From: an uncultured Actinomycetota bacterium
GTDB taxonomy: Bacteria; Actinomycetota; Actinomycetes; JAFAQI01
Direction: 5' to 3'
NCBI GenBank assembly: GCA_963770565.1
Contig: CAVYQE010000001.1
Location: forward strand, 1,152,001 to 1,216,000
Length of the DNA: 64,000 nucleotides
Shown here: one piece after another, positions 25,883-34,521 of the stretch
How the letters are laid out: the number at the start of each line of letters is the position of its first letter
How positions within the stretch are numbered: the stretch's first letter is position 1
The notes under the pieces: model-generated
Seen by the model: only the letters and a program-made list of their open reading frames with translations
Database searches by the model: none
Told to the model about the DNA's origin: nothing
Translations under genes and position numbers: made by a program

Positions 25883-28309
25883 ATGACACCTTCTGGCCGT
25901 AGCAATGGTCGGTCCGACTCGGGCCTGCGCATCCTTCGGGGCGCGACGGTCGCGGTGCTCGCCGGCTCCCTGCTGGTGTCGGTCGGGCCATCGCTGGCGT
26001 CCGGCGCACCGACCCAGCGAGCCGTGCCGCGGGCTGCGTCCACTGACCCGTGTCCGGTCGGGACGCAGGTCGCACCAGGCGTGTGCTCGATGGTGTTCGG
26101 CTTCACCGGCGGGATGCAGACGTTCACCGTGCCGACCGGAATCAAGAAGATCTCGGTCGAGGCGAGTGGTGCTTTCGGCGGTGGGCTCTGTCTCAATCCG
26201 GGCACCGTCGGCGGTGGCGGCCTGCCCGGCGGGGTCAACGGTGACCTGCCGGTGGCACCGGGTGACGACCTGTCGATCCTGGTGGGCCAAGGTGGGTCGA
26301 CCGCGACGCCGGAGACCGACTACACCTGCCCGACGAACCCGGTGTACGGCGATGGCGCCGGGGGATTCGGCGGCGGTGGCAACGGCGGGGGGTCAGGGGG
26401 CTTTGGCGGCAGTGGTGGTGGCGGTGAGTCGGCGGTCTTCGCGGCAGATGGCTCGCTGCAACTGGTTGCCGGGGGCGGCGGCGGCGACGCGCTCTTCGGC
26501 GGCGGCGGCAGCGGGACGTATGGCGGCTCAGGAGGCGGCGCTGACAACAATGGAAGTGCCAACGGTGACTCCGCGGCGGGTCAGTCCGGCGGTGGTGGCG
26601 CCACCGGCTCCGCGCCGGGCGCGGCCGGCGCCGAGGGTGACAACCCGCAGCCGGACGTCGGCTCTGCGGTGGACGCTTCCGGGGTGTCCGGCAGCGGCCC
26701 GGCGTCGCTCGCGGCGGCCGGTCAAGGTGGCGCCGCCGGAGCGAACTGCGGCTATAGCGACCCGAACACCAGCTACGCGACCGCCGGCGGAGGCGGCGGC
26801 GGTGGCTACTACGGCGGCGGGGGCGGCGGTTGCGGCGGAACTCCGGGTGGCGGAGGTGGCGGCGGCTCGAGCTACGCAGCGCCCGACGTCCTGAATCCAA
26901 CCTTCCGGGACCTGGCGAATGTCATCGTCGGCGTCGTCGGGTCGAACTCGTTCTCGACCGCAAACGGGCGGGTGATCATCACTTATGACCTGTGCGGGCC
27001 GCTCTCCGACGGCGCCGCCGCGGCGGCTGTTCGTGCGAGCCGCGCGGTCGCGGAGCGCGCGACCTTCACGTCGGGTCGCCCGAGCGGCATGACTGCAGCG
27101 GCCGCCGGCCGCGCGCTTCCGGCCACGCGAGTGCTGTCGCCGGTCCCGGCGAAGGCGCAGATGCCGGAGATCCGGGCGGACCTGGTGAATCCGTTCCACT
27201 GTCCGTTGACGGTCACCGTGACGCCGGACCGGTACAGCGGGGTCAAGACCGGGCTGCACTACGAGCGCGCAACGAACACGGCGGGCTTCTTCGCACCCGG
27301 TACCGAAGCCTCCGCCGAAGGCGGCACTCCGTTCACGCACAAGTGCGAGACCGGATGCGTCAACGTCACCGTGCGGGTGACGAACCCGAACGACGAGGAC
27401 AAGGCGGTCAAGAACGCGACGGTGACCTTCCAGTTCGATCGACTGCCGCGGAGCACGACGTACCCCTACCCGAGGGGATCCGGGTTCGACGGGCAGGTCT
27501 GTGCCCTGAGCGTGACCGACCCGACCGGCGTGTCCCGCGACCAGAAGAGCTGCGGCGCGACTGTCAGCGAGGACACCGACGATCGCGGCTACGCGTTCTT
27601 CCGGTACTGGTCGCCAGGCGTGATCGACCCCGCAACGGTCAAGCTGAGTGCGGATGCCACCGCGCCGGGTGCGGATTGCGGGTGCTGGAGCTCCGGTGCC
27701 GGCAGTGGCCACGAGCTGGTCGGGTTGATCCAGAACATCGTGTTCGAGCGCACCGCGCCACTGCCCCGCAAGAGCGCGGCAGCGCTCGCCAGCTGGGACG
27801 ACGCTAAGCGCTGGGTCACGCTCCCGAACTGGCTGACCATCCCGCTCGACCGGGTGTTCCCCGCGGTCGCGCCCGCGATCGACCTCTCACAGAGCTGGCA
27901 GCGCAAGCGTGACCTGGCGATGATCTCGTGGTTCGTCGACCAGTACAACTTGCCGAAGGCCGGGCTGCTCGAGACGACACCGAAGAACTACATCGGCGCA
28001 CTGACCAACGACGGCTTCGAGGACAACTTCGTGAAGGTGCTCACCAAGTACGCCTCGTACATCAAGAATGTTGCGCAGCTCCACAGCGGGAAGGACGTTC
28101 AGGCGACTCGGTTGATCTTGTCCGAGCAGTCCTACTGCGACGACAGCCACTGCCTGGCCAACACCAACGCCTACCTTCTGTTCAACCTCGAGAGTGCTCC
28201 CGACAAGTCCGACCTCGTCAACCTGCACTCGAACTTCGACGAGTCGCCTCCGACCTCGTTCAGCTACATCGCCACCGACTGGTTGCCGGCCCGGTTCGGC
28301 GGCCACTGA
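25883..28309 (+). CDS. Secreted protein with glycine-rich domain and unknown C-terminal region
   Basis: 'FTGGMQTFTVPTG', poly-Gly blocks, 'GGGGSSY', 'NGRVIITY'. Confidence 0.7.
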   Translation: MTPSGRSNGRSDSGLRILRGATVAVLAGSLLVSVGPSLASGAPTQRAVPRAASTDPCPVGTQVAPGVCSMVFGFTGGMQTFTVPTGIKKISVEASGAFGGGLCLNPGTVGGGGLPGGVNGDLPVAPGDDLSILVGQGGSTATPETDYTCPTNPVYGDGAGGFGGGGNGGGSGGFGGSGGGGESAVFAADGSLQLVAGGGGGDALFGGGGSGTYGGSGGGADNNGSANGDSAAGQSGGGGATGSAPGAAGAEGDNPQPDVGSAVDASGVSGSGPASLAAAGQGGAAGANCGYSDPNTSYATAGGGGGGGYYGGGGGGCGGTPGGGGGGGSSYAAPDVLNPTFRDLANVIVGVVGSNSFSTANGRVIITYDLCGPLSDGAAAAAVRASRAVAERATFTSGRPSGMTAAAAGRALPATRVLSPVPAKAQMPEIRADLVNPFHCPLTVTVTPDRYSGVKTGLHYERATNTAGFFAPGTEASAEGGTPFTHKCETGCVNVTVRVTNPNDEDKAVKNATVTFQFDRLPRSTTYPYPRGSGFDGQVCALSVTDPTGVSRDQKSCGATVSEDTDDRGYAFFRYWSPGVIDPATVKLSADATAPGADCGCWSSGAGSGHELVGLIQNIVFERTAPLPRKSAAALASWDDAKRWVTLPNWLTIPLDRVFPAVAPAIDLSQSWQRKRDLAMISWFVDQYNLPKAGLLETTPKNYIGALTNDGFEDNFVKVLTKYASYIKNVAQLHSGKDVQATRLILSEQSYCDDSHCLANTNAYLLFNLESAPDKSDLVNLHSNFDESPPTSFSYIATDWLPARFGGH

Positions 28310-28350
28310 CGACCTCCGTCCGTCAACTGGCCGCCCGCGGGTCGGGCCGG

Positions 28351-28749
28351 TTATCCGTGGCGCTCGGATGCGCTGCGCTGGATCGCGGCCGCGATGTTCG
28401 GGTAGTGCTGTTGGAGCTGGCGGAACCGGGTGCCGAAGAGGGTCCAGACCACCCCGGGAGAGGTCGCAACGACCGTCGCCGTACGGCGACCCTCGTCCTC
28501 GAACAGCGCGACCTCGCCGAAGTAGTCGTCCGGACCCAATGTCCGCACCACCGATCCGTCGACCTGCACCTCGGCGGTGCCCTCGTGGAGCACGAAGAAG
28601 GCGTACCCGCTTGCACCTTCTTGGGTGAGATGTTGGCCGACGCTGACTTCCTCGGACTCGAGCCAGCTGCTGAGGACGTTGAGGTCGTCCTCGCTCAGCT
28701 CAGCGAACAGTGGAGTGTTCGCCAGTTCGGCAACACCGGGTGATGACAT
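28351..28749 (-). CDS. Stand-alone cyclic nucleotide-binding protein
   Basis: 'LFAEL', 'YFGEVAL...RRTATV'. Confidence 0.85.
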   Translation of the reverse strand: MSSPGVAELANTPLFAELSEDDLNVLSSWLESEEVSVGQHLTQEGASGYAFFVLHEGTAEVQVDGSVVRTLGPDDYFGEVALFEDEGRRTATVVATSPGVVWTLFGTRFRQLQQHYPNIAAAIQRSASERHG

Positions 28750-28936
28750 CGCACCTCCGTCGTCGCGGGGCGGTCTGGATGAGCCCGGCCGCGGTGGCAG
28801 ATTACCGTGACCACCCTCGAAGACCAGTGGCCGCCGGCCGGCCAGAAGCCGTTGCGGGACAACGGCAGTACGCGTTCACTCTGCCGCCATCCTGCGTTCA
28901 CCTGAGACCGCGCACGCCGCCGCTAACGTCCGGTTC

Positions 28937-30589
28937 GTGTCAGCGGGGGGTGGTGCCGGTCGACTCCCGGCGGAGCATGTCGACCGGCTGCGCTTCGGCG
29001 TCGCTCTCGCGCTGGCGGCGATCGCGAACCGGGCATACAGCGTCGCCCTCGTGGTCTACGTCTACAACGCCACCCACTCGACCGCCTGGGTGGCCGCGGC
29101 CGCCGCAGCGCGTTACCTGCCCGGCATCGTCACCGGGGTGGTCGCCTCGCGACTCCTGGATCGCTATCCACCGCGGTCAGTCCTCGTCGGGGCCAATGCG
29201 TGCTGCGGTGTCACGATCGCCGCGATGGCGACCGCCGTACACCTCGACGCCTCGCCGGCAGTCGCGATCGTGCTCGCGGCCGTGGTGCGCGCGGCCGCGA
29301 GCGGCCAGCCGGTTGCGGCCGCGCGGCTGCTACCGGTGGTGGCGGGTGGGCGCGACCTCTCGATCGTGGCGGCTCGACAGGCGACGACCGACAAGCTGAT
29401 GCTCCTCGCCGGACCTGCGGTCGGCGGCGTGCTGTTGCTTGCGGTCAGTCCCGCGACCGAGCTCTTCGGCCTTGCTGCGGTCGTCGGGGTGGCCGCGATC
29501 GTCAGCGTCCGGCTGCCCTCGCCGGCACCGCCCCGGCATCCGTCAGGTACGCATCGGACGCATCCACGGACCGTCCGCGCTCATGCCACCGCCGGGATCG
29601 GGATCTTCATCGGCTTTGCCGGGTTGGCCGGGTTCGTCTACGGCACGGACACCGTCCTGCTGGCAGTTCTGGCGAACCGCCTGCACCTGCATGACGCCGG
29701 GTACGGCGAGCTGTTCGCGGGCCTCGGCGCGGGAGGCATCCTTGCCGCGCCGCTGGTCAACCGGCTGGTGCGAAGGAGCCGCCTGGCCGGGTGGATCGTC
29801 CTGGCCGCGGCGTTGTACTGCGTCCCGTCGGTGCTCGTCGTACACAGCCACAACGCTGCGGTCGTCCTCGTCCTGGAGGCACTTCGCGGCACCGGCGCCC
29901 TCGCTCTCGACGTCGTCGCGCTGACCGAGCTGCAGCGGATCGTGCTCCCACAGGGACTCCCGGTCCTCACCGCGCGACTGACGTCGGTCTCGTTCGGAGC
30001 CGTGGCGTTGGGAGCGCTCACCACTCCGCTGCTGCTGAACGGCCTGGGGACGGTGGGTGCCTTCACGGCGCTGGGCGTCGTTCCGCCGGTGGCCGTGATC
30101 GCCTGCTATCCGGCCCTGCGCCGGGCCGATCGCCGGATGTCCGACCGGCTCGAGGAGCTCGGTCCGCGGATCGCGGTCCTCGAGCCGCTCGGCCTCCTGC
30201 AGGCGTCGTCGCGGCCGGTCCTCGAGCGGCTGGCCGCCGACATGTCCGAGCGCGAGGTGCCGGCCGGCGTGACCGTCATCGCCGAGGGTGATCCATCCGA
30301 CGCGTTCTACGTCGTACGGTCCGGTGATCTCGACGTCCTGCTCGCCGGCCGGTTGATCAACGAGCTCCACCCCGGGGACTGGTTCGGCGAGATCGGGCTG
30401 CTCGAGGGACTCCGTCGTACCGCGACCGTCCGCAGCCGCGGACCGTGCGAGCTGTACCGGATCGGCGGCGGTGCGTTCCTGGAGGCGTTTGCTCAGCTGC
30501 CGCCGTCCCCGACCTTGCTCGACAGCGTGGCCGCCCGGCTCGAGGCGAACCAGCTCTGGGACGACCCGGCGGAAGCTCCGTGGACCTGA
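28937..30589 (+). CDS. MFS transporter fused to C-terminal cNMP-binding domain
   Basis: About 12 TM segments then 'EGDPSDAFYVV.SG...GDWFGEIGLL..RRTATV'. Confidence 0.85.
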   Translation: MSAGGGAGRLPAEHVDRLRFGVALALAAIANRAYSVALVVYVYNATHSTAWVAAAAAARYLPGIVTGVVASRLLDRYPPRSVLVGANACCGVTIAAMATAVHLDASPAVAIVLAAVVRAAASGQPVAAARLLPVVAGGRDLSIVAARQATTDKLMLLAGPAVGGVLLLAVSPATELFGLAAVVGVAAIVSVRLPSPAPPRHPSGTHRTHPRTVRAHATAGIGIFIGFAGLAGFVYGTDTVLLAVLANRLHLHDAGYGELFAGLGAGGILAAPLVNRLVRRSRLAGWIVLAAALYCVPSVLVVHSHNAAVVLVLEALRGTGALALDVVALTELQRIVLPQGLPVLTARLTSVSFGAVALGALTTPLLLNGLGTVGAFTALGVVPPVAVIACYPALRRADRRMSDRLEELGPRIAVLEPLGLLQASSRPVLERLAADMSEREVPAGVTVIAEGDPSDAFYVVRSGDLDVLLAGRLINELHPGDWFGEIGLLEGLRRTATVRSRGPCELYRIGGGAFLEAFAQLPPSPTLLDSVAARLEANQLWDDPAEAPWT

Positions 30590-30615
30590 GGACGGCGTGC
30601 ACCACCCGTGGGACG

Positions 30616-33600
30616 ATGACCGGACGCCGAAATCGGGGGTCCACCGTGCAGCCCGACCCGACGGAGGGGGCGCCGGCCGTCGCCGCGCTCGACCCGTTCG
30701 TGTGCCAGTTGGCACGCTCCTGGCAGCGGGACGCGCCCGAGCTCGGCGAACGCGAGCTCGCCGGCACGCTGGTCTTCGCCGACATCTCGGGTTTCACCCG
30801 GCTGACCGAGCGGTTGGCGGCCCGCGGCCGGATCGGTGCCGAGGAGATGTCGGACCATCTCGACCGGGTGCTCAGCGAGCTGCTGAACGCTGCCTACGAG
30901 CGCGGCGGTTGGCTGCTGAAGTGGGGCGGCGACGCCCTGCTGCTGATGTTCGACAGTGACGATCACGTCGAGCATGCCTGCGCCACATCTGTGGCCTTGC
31001 GATCCCTCATTCGTCGCGTGGGGGTCCTCGACACCTCGGTCGGCCGGGTGCGGTTGCGGATGTCGATCGGGGTGCATACCGGGGTCTTCTCGTTCTACTT
31101 CCTGGGCCAGCAGCATCGCGAGCTGATCGTCACCGGGCCCGCGGCCACCACGACGGCGGAGCTCGAGGCGGCAGCCGATCCGGGAGAGATCCTCGTCAGC
31201 CCGCAGGTTGCGCGGCTGCTGCCGCCGGAATGCCGCGGATTGCGCAAGGGCCAGGGCTTCCTGCTGAGCCGAGCGCCCAGCCCGATCGCGGCGGTCGAGC
31301 GCACGTTCCCGCCGGCTCCGGACGTCGGTGCGCTCATCCCCGAGTTCGTGCTCGACCATCTGAGGCGGGGTGGCGGGACCGGCGAGCATCGGCCGGTCAC
31401 GGTCGCTTTTCTCGAGTTCGCCGGGCTGGCGGACCTGCACCGACGGGAGGGGGCCGCGGCGGCCGCGGAAGGGCTCCGTCACTTCGTCGACGTGACCCAG
31501 GAGGCATGTCACCGACACCAGGTGTCCTTCCATGAGACGGACATCTCAAAAGACGGCGGCAAGGTGATGCTCGTCGCCGGAGCGCCCCGCGGCCTCGACG
31601 ATCCGGCGGAGGCAATGTTGTGCGCGTTGCGCCGGGTGTTCGACGATCCGGGCCCACTCACGCTGCGCGCCGGGGTCACGGCCGGCCGGGCATTCACCGG
31701 TGCGGTCGGGCCGGCTCGGCGCCGGTCCTACTCGGTCAAAGGTGACGTCGTGAACCTGGCCGCACGGATCATGGGGAAGGCGCCGGCCGGCGAGATCTGG
31801 GCACTGCCGTTAGTGGTCGAGACCTCGCGCACCCGCTTCGAGCTCCGCGACGTTCAGCCGTTCACGGTCAAGGGCAAGGTTGCGCCGGTTGTCGTCCGGT
31901 CGGTCGGAGACGCCCTCACTCGGGTCGACCTGGCCCCCGAACTGCCACTGATCGGTCGAGCCGCCGAGATGGAGACTCTGCACGCGGCGCTCGACGAGGC
32001 CCGGGCCGGCCAGGGCAGCAGCATCGACATGACCGGGGCACCTGGGATCGGCAAGACCAGATTGCTCTCGGAGCTGACCGCGATCGCTGGTGACGCGACC
32101 GTCCTCGCCGCGGCGGCCGAGCCATACCGCTCGTCCTCGCCGTACGCGTTGGTGCAGCCACTGGTAGTGCAGGCCCTCGGGCTGGACGACGCCGAGCCCA
32201 CTGACGTCGTCGCGGCGCTGACCGCATGGTGTTGCGATCGGGCGCCGGACCTGGCGGCGCACCTTCCCCTGCTCGGGCCGCTGCTGGGTACGACGATCGA
32301 GGAGACCCCGCAGACCCGCGATCTCGCTCCGGAGTTCCGCGCCGAGCGAATGCAGCAGCTCGTCGTGGATCTGCTCGAGCGGGCGTTGCCGGATCCGACC
32401 GTCCTCGTCGTCGACGACATGCAGTTCGCCGACGAGGCGTCGGATGAGCTGCTGCGTCGGATCGCCCGCGCCGCAGTCGGACGGCCCTGGCTGGTTGTCC
32501 TTGCCGGTCGCGAGGAGCCGGCCGACACCGATGCCCCGGCGGATCGGTCGCGAACGATCATGCTGGGGCCGTTGACGATCGAGGAGTCGATGGTGCTCAC
32601 CGGTGCTGACACCGATGACGCACCGCTCCCGCCTCACGTCACCGACACCGTCGTCCGTCGAAGCGGCGGCAACCCGTCGTTCCTCCGGCAGCTCGCCGCG
32701 GCCGCGCACACGGTCGCAGACGTCGACCAGCTGCCGGACTCGATCGAGAGCGTGGTTGCTGCACGGATCGACCGGCTGCGGCCGGTGGCGCGCGAGCTGC
32801 TGCGGGCGATGGCGGTCGCCGGGATGGCGGTCGACACCGATCTGCTTGAGGAGCTGCTTGCCGACGAGTCGACCCGGCTGGCTGCGGTGATGGCCGAGCT
32901 CTGGGAGTACATCGCAGCCGACGGGACCGAGCTGCGCTTCCGGCAGGCGGTGATCCGCGACACGGCCTATGAGGGGCTGTCATACCGGCGCCGCACCGCA
33001 CTGCACGCGCGGCTGGCTGCGCTCCTTGCCCGGCGCCATCGAAGCGACACCAGCCCGGTCGACGCCCTGTTGTCCGCGCACTATCTCCATGGCGCGCAGC
33101 ACCTCGAGGCTCTCCACGCGGCTCGCCGGGCCGCGGATCGGGCCGCGGCGGCGTACGCGAACGCCGATGCCGCGGTGCTGTATGCGCGGGCGTTGACCGC
33201 GGCCGGCCGACTTCCGGAGGCCGACCAGTTGCTGCGGTCGGAGCTGCTCGAGCGACTCGGCGACGTGCAGGTGCTGCTCGGCGAGTACCGCGAGAGCGAC
33301 GCCAGCTATGCGGCCGCGATCCGTCCTCGCCGGGGCGAGCCCGAGGTGGTCGCGCGGATCGGTTTGAAGCAGGCCCGCAGTGCCGCCGACCGGCGCGGTG
33401 CCTACGCGCTTGCGCTGCGCCGGCTTCGCCGGGTCGAGGACGTACTCGACGGCGTTGCCGGGCCGGATGCGGCGGACCTGCGGTTGTCGATCCGGGTCAG
33501 GACCGCATTCGCGCGGTTCCGCCAGGGCCAGCTGATCACCGCGCGCGACAACTGCCTCGAGGTCCTTGCGCACGGCGATGACGAGCGCACCCCCAATGTC

Positions 33601-34521
33601 GTGGCCGATGCACTGGCGCTGCTCGACGTCGTCGAGATCAGCCTGGGCGAGGCGGGCGACCTCGATCGGGCCCCGCGGGCACTCCGCCTCAACGAGCGAC
33701 TCGGCGACCTGGCCGGACAGGCCCGGGTGCACACCCAGATGGGATATCGGCAGTACTTCGACGGTCGCTGGGACGAGGCGGTCGCGTCGTACTCGACTGC
33801 CCGAGACCTGATCGAGCGGGTCGGCGACCTCCCGAACGCCGCCCTGGCGAGCGCGAACATCGCGGAGATCCTGCTCGACCAAGGGCGGCTCGACGAGGCC
33901 GAGGCGATGCTGCGCGAGTCGGTGCGGATCTCGCGGGCGTCCGGATCGGAGAACGACGCGGCGTTCGCGCATTCCCTGCTCGGCCGGACCCTGGCCCGGC
34001 AGGGCGAGTTCGACGAGGCGGAGCGGTTGTTGCGCCGAGCGCGCGCGAGCTTTGCCGAGCAGGGGGCGAAGAGCGAGATCGTCGACGCGGACGCCTACCT
34101 CGCGGAGCTGCTTCTCCTGCGCGGGCAGCCGGCGGCCGCATTGGCGCTCGCAGAGCAAACCCGCACGGCCGCGGGCCGGCTGTCGGAGCGGCCGGTGCAG
34201 GGCCCGCTGCTACAGCGCATCATCGCCGGCTGTCACGACGCGCTCGGTGACGTCGAGGCGGCTGAGACTGCTTACGATACGGCGCTGGGGCTGGCGCGGG
34301 CGCGCGGCGCCGACCACGAGATTGCGTTCACGATCGCGTCGATGGTTGCCCGCACCCGCCTCGGCGGGCGCCCGGTCGAGCCGGCGCTGGTCGCCGAGAG
34401 CCAGCAGCTCCGGCGGCGGCTCGGCCTCTTGCTCGACCTGTCGGCGGCCGAGCAGACCCAGGCGTCGCTCGAGCTCCCCCGGCAGGAGTCGGTCGCCGCG
34501 CCGGCAGCCGTCAGCCCATGA
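30616..34521 (+). CDS. Class III adenylate/guanylate cyclase (two cyclase domains) + AAA ATPase + TPR
   Basis: 'FADISGFT', 'KWGGDA', 'GDVVNLAARIM', Walker A GAPGIGKT, TPR-like C-terminus; start may be GTG 30646. Confidence 0.88.
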   Translation: MTGRRNRGSTVQPDPTEGAPAVAALDPFVCQLARSWQRDAPELGERELAGTLVFADISGFTRLTERLAARGRIGAEEMSDHLDRVLSELLNAAYERGGWLLKWGGDALLLMFDSDDHVEHACATSVALRSLIRRVGVLDTSVGRVRLRMSIGVHTGVFSFYFLGQQHRELIVTGPAATTTAELEAAADPGEILVSPQVARLLPPECRGLRKGQGFLLSRAPSPIAAVERTFPPAPDVGALIPEFVLDHLRRGGGTGEHRPVTVAFLEFAGLADLHRREGAAAAAEGLRHFVDVTQEACHRHQVSFHETDISKDGGKVMLVAGAPRGLDDPAEAMLCALRRVFDDPGPLTLRAGVTAGRAFTGAVGPARRRSYSVKGDVVNLAARIMGKAPAGEIWALPLVVETSRTRFELRDVQPFTVKGKVAPVVVRSVGDALTRVDLAPELPLIGRAAEMETLHAALDEARAGQGSSIDMTGAPGIGKTRLLSELTAIAGDATVLAAAAEPYRSSSPYALVQPLVVQALGLDDAEPTDVVAALTAWCCDRAPDLAAHLPLLGPLLGTTIEETPQTRDLAPEFRAERMQQLVVDLLERALPDPTVLVVDDMQFADEASDELLRRIARAAVGRPWLVVLAGREEPADTDAPADRSRTIMLGPLTIEESMVLTGADTDDAPLPPHVTDTVVRRSGGNPSFLRQLAAAAHTVADVDQLPDSIESVVAARIDRLRPVARELLRAMAVAGMAVDTDLLEELLADESTRLAAVMAELWEYIAADGTELRFRQAVIRDTAYEGLSYRRRTALHARLAALLARRHRSDTSPVDALLSAHYLHGAQHLEALHAARRAADRAAAAYANADAAVLYARALTAAGRLPEADQLLRSELLERLGDVQVLLGEYRESDASYAAAIRPRRGEPEVVARIGLKQARSAADRRGAYALALRRLRRVEDVLDGVAGPDAADLRLSIRVRTAFARFRQGQLITARDNCLEVLAHGDDERTPNVVADALALLDVVEISLGEAGDLDRAPRALRLNERLGDLAGQARVHTQMGYRQYFDGRWDEAVASYSTARDLIERVGDLPNAALASANIAEILLDQGRLDEAEAMLRESVRISRASGSENDAAFAHSLLGRTLARQGEFDEAERLLRRARASFAEQGAKSEIVDADAYLAELLLLRGQPAAALALAEQTRTAAGRLSERPVQGPLLQRIIAGCHDALGDVEAAETAYDTALGLARARGADHEIAFTIASMVARTRLGGRPVEPALVAESQQLRRRLGLLLDLSAAEQTQASLELPRQESVAAPAAVSP

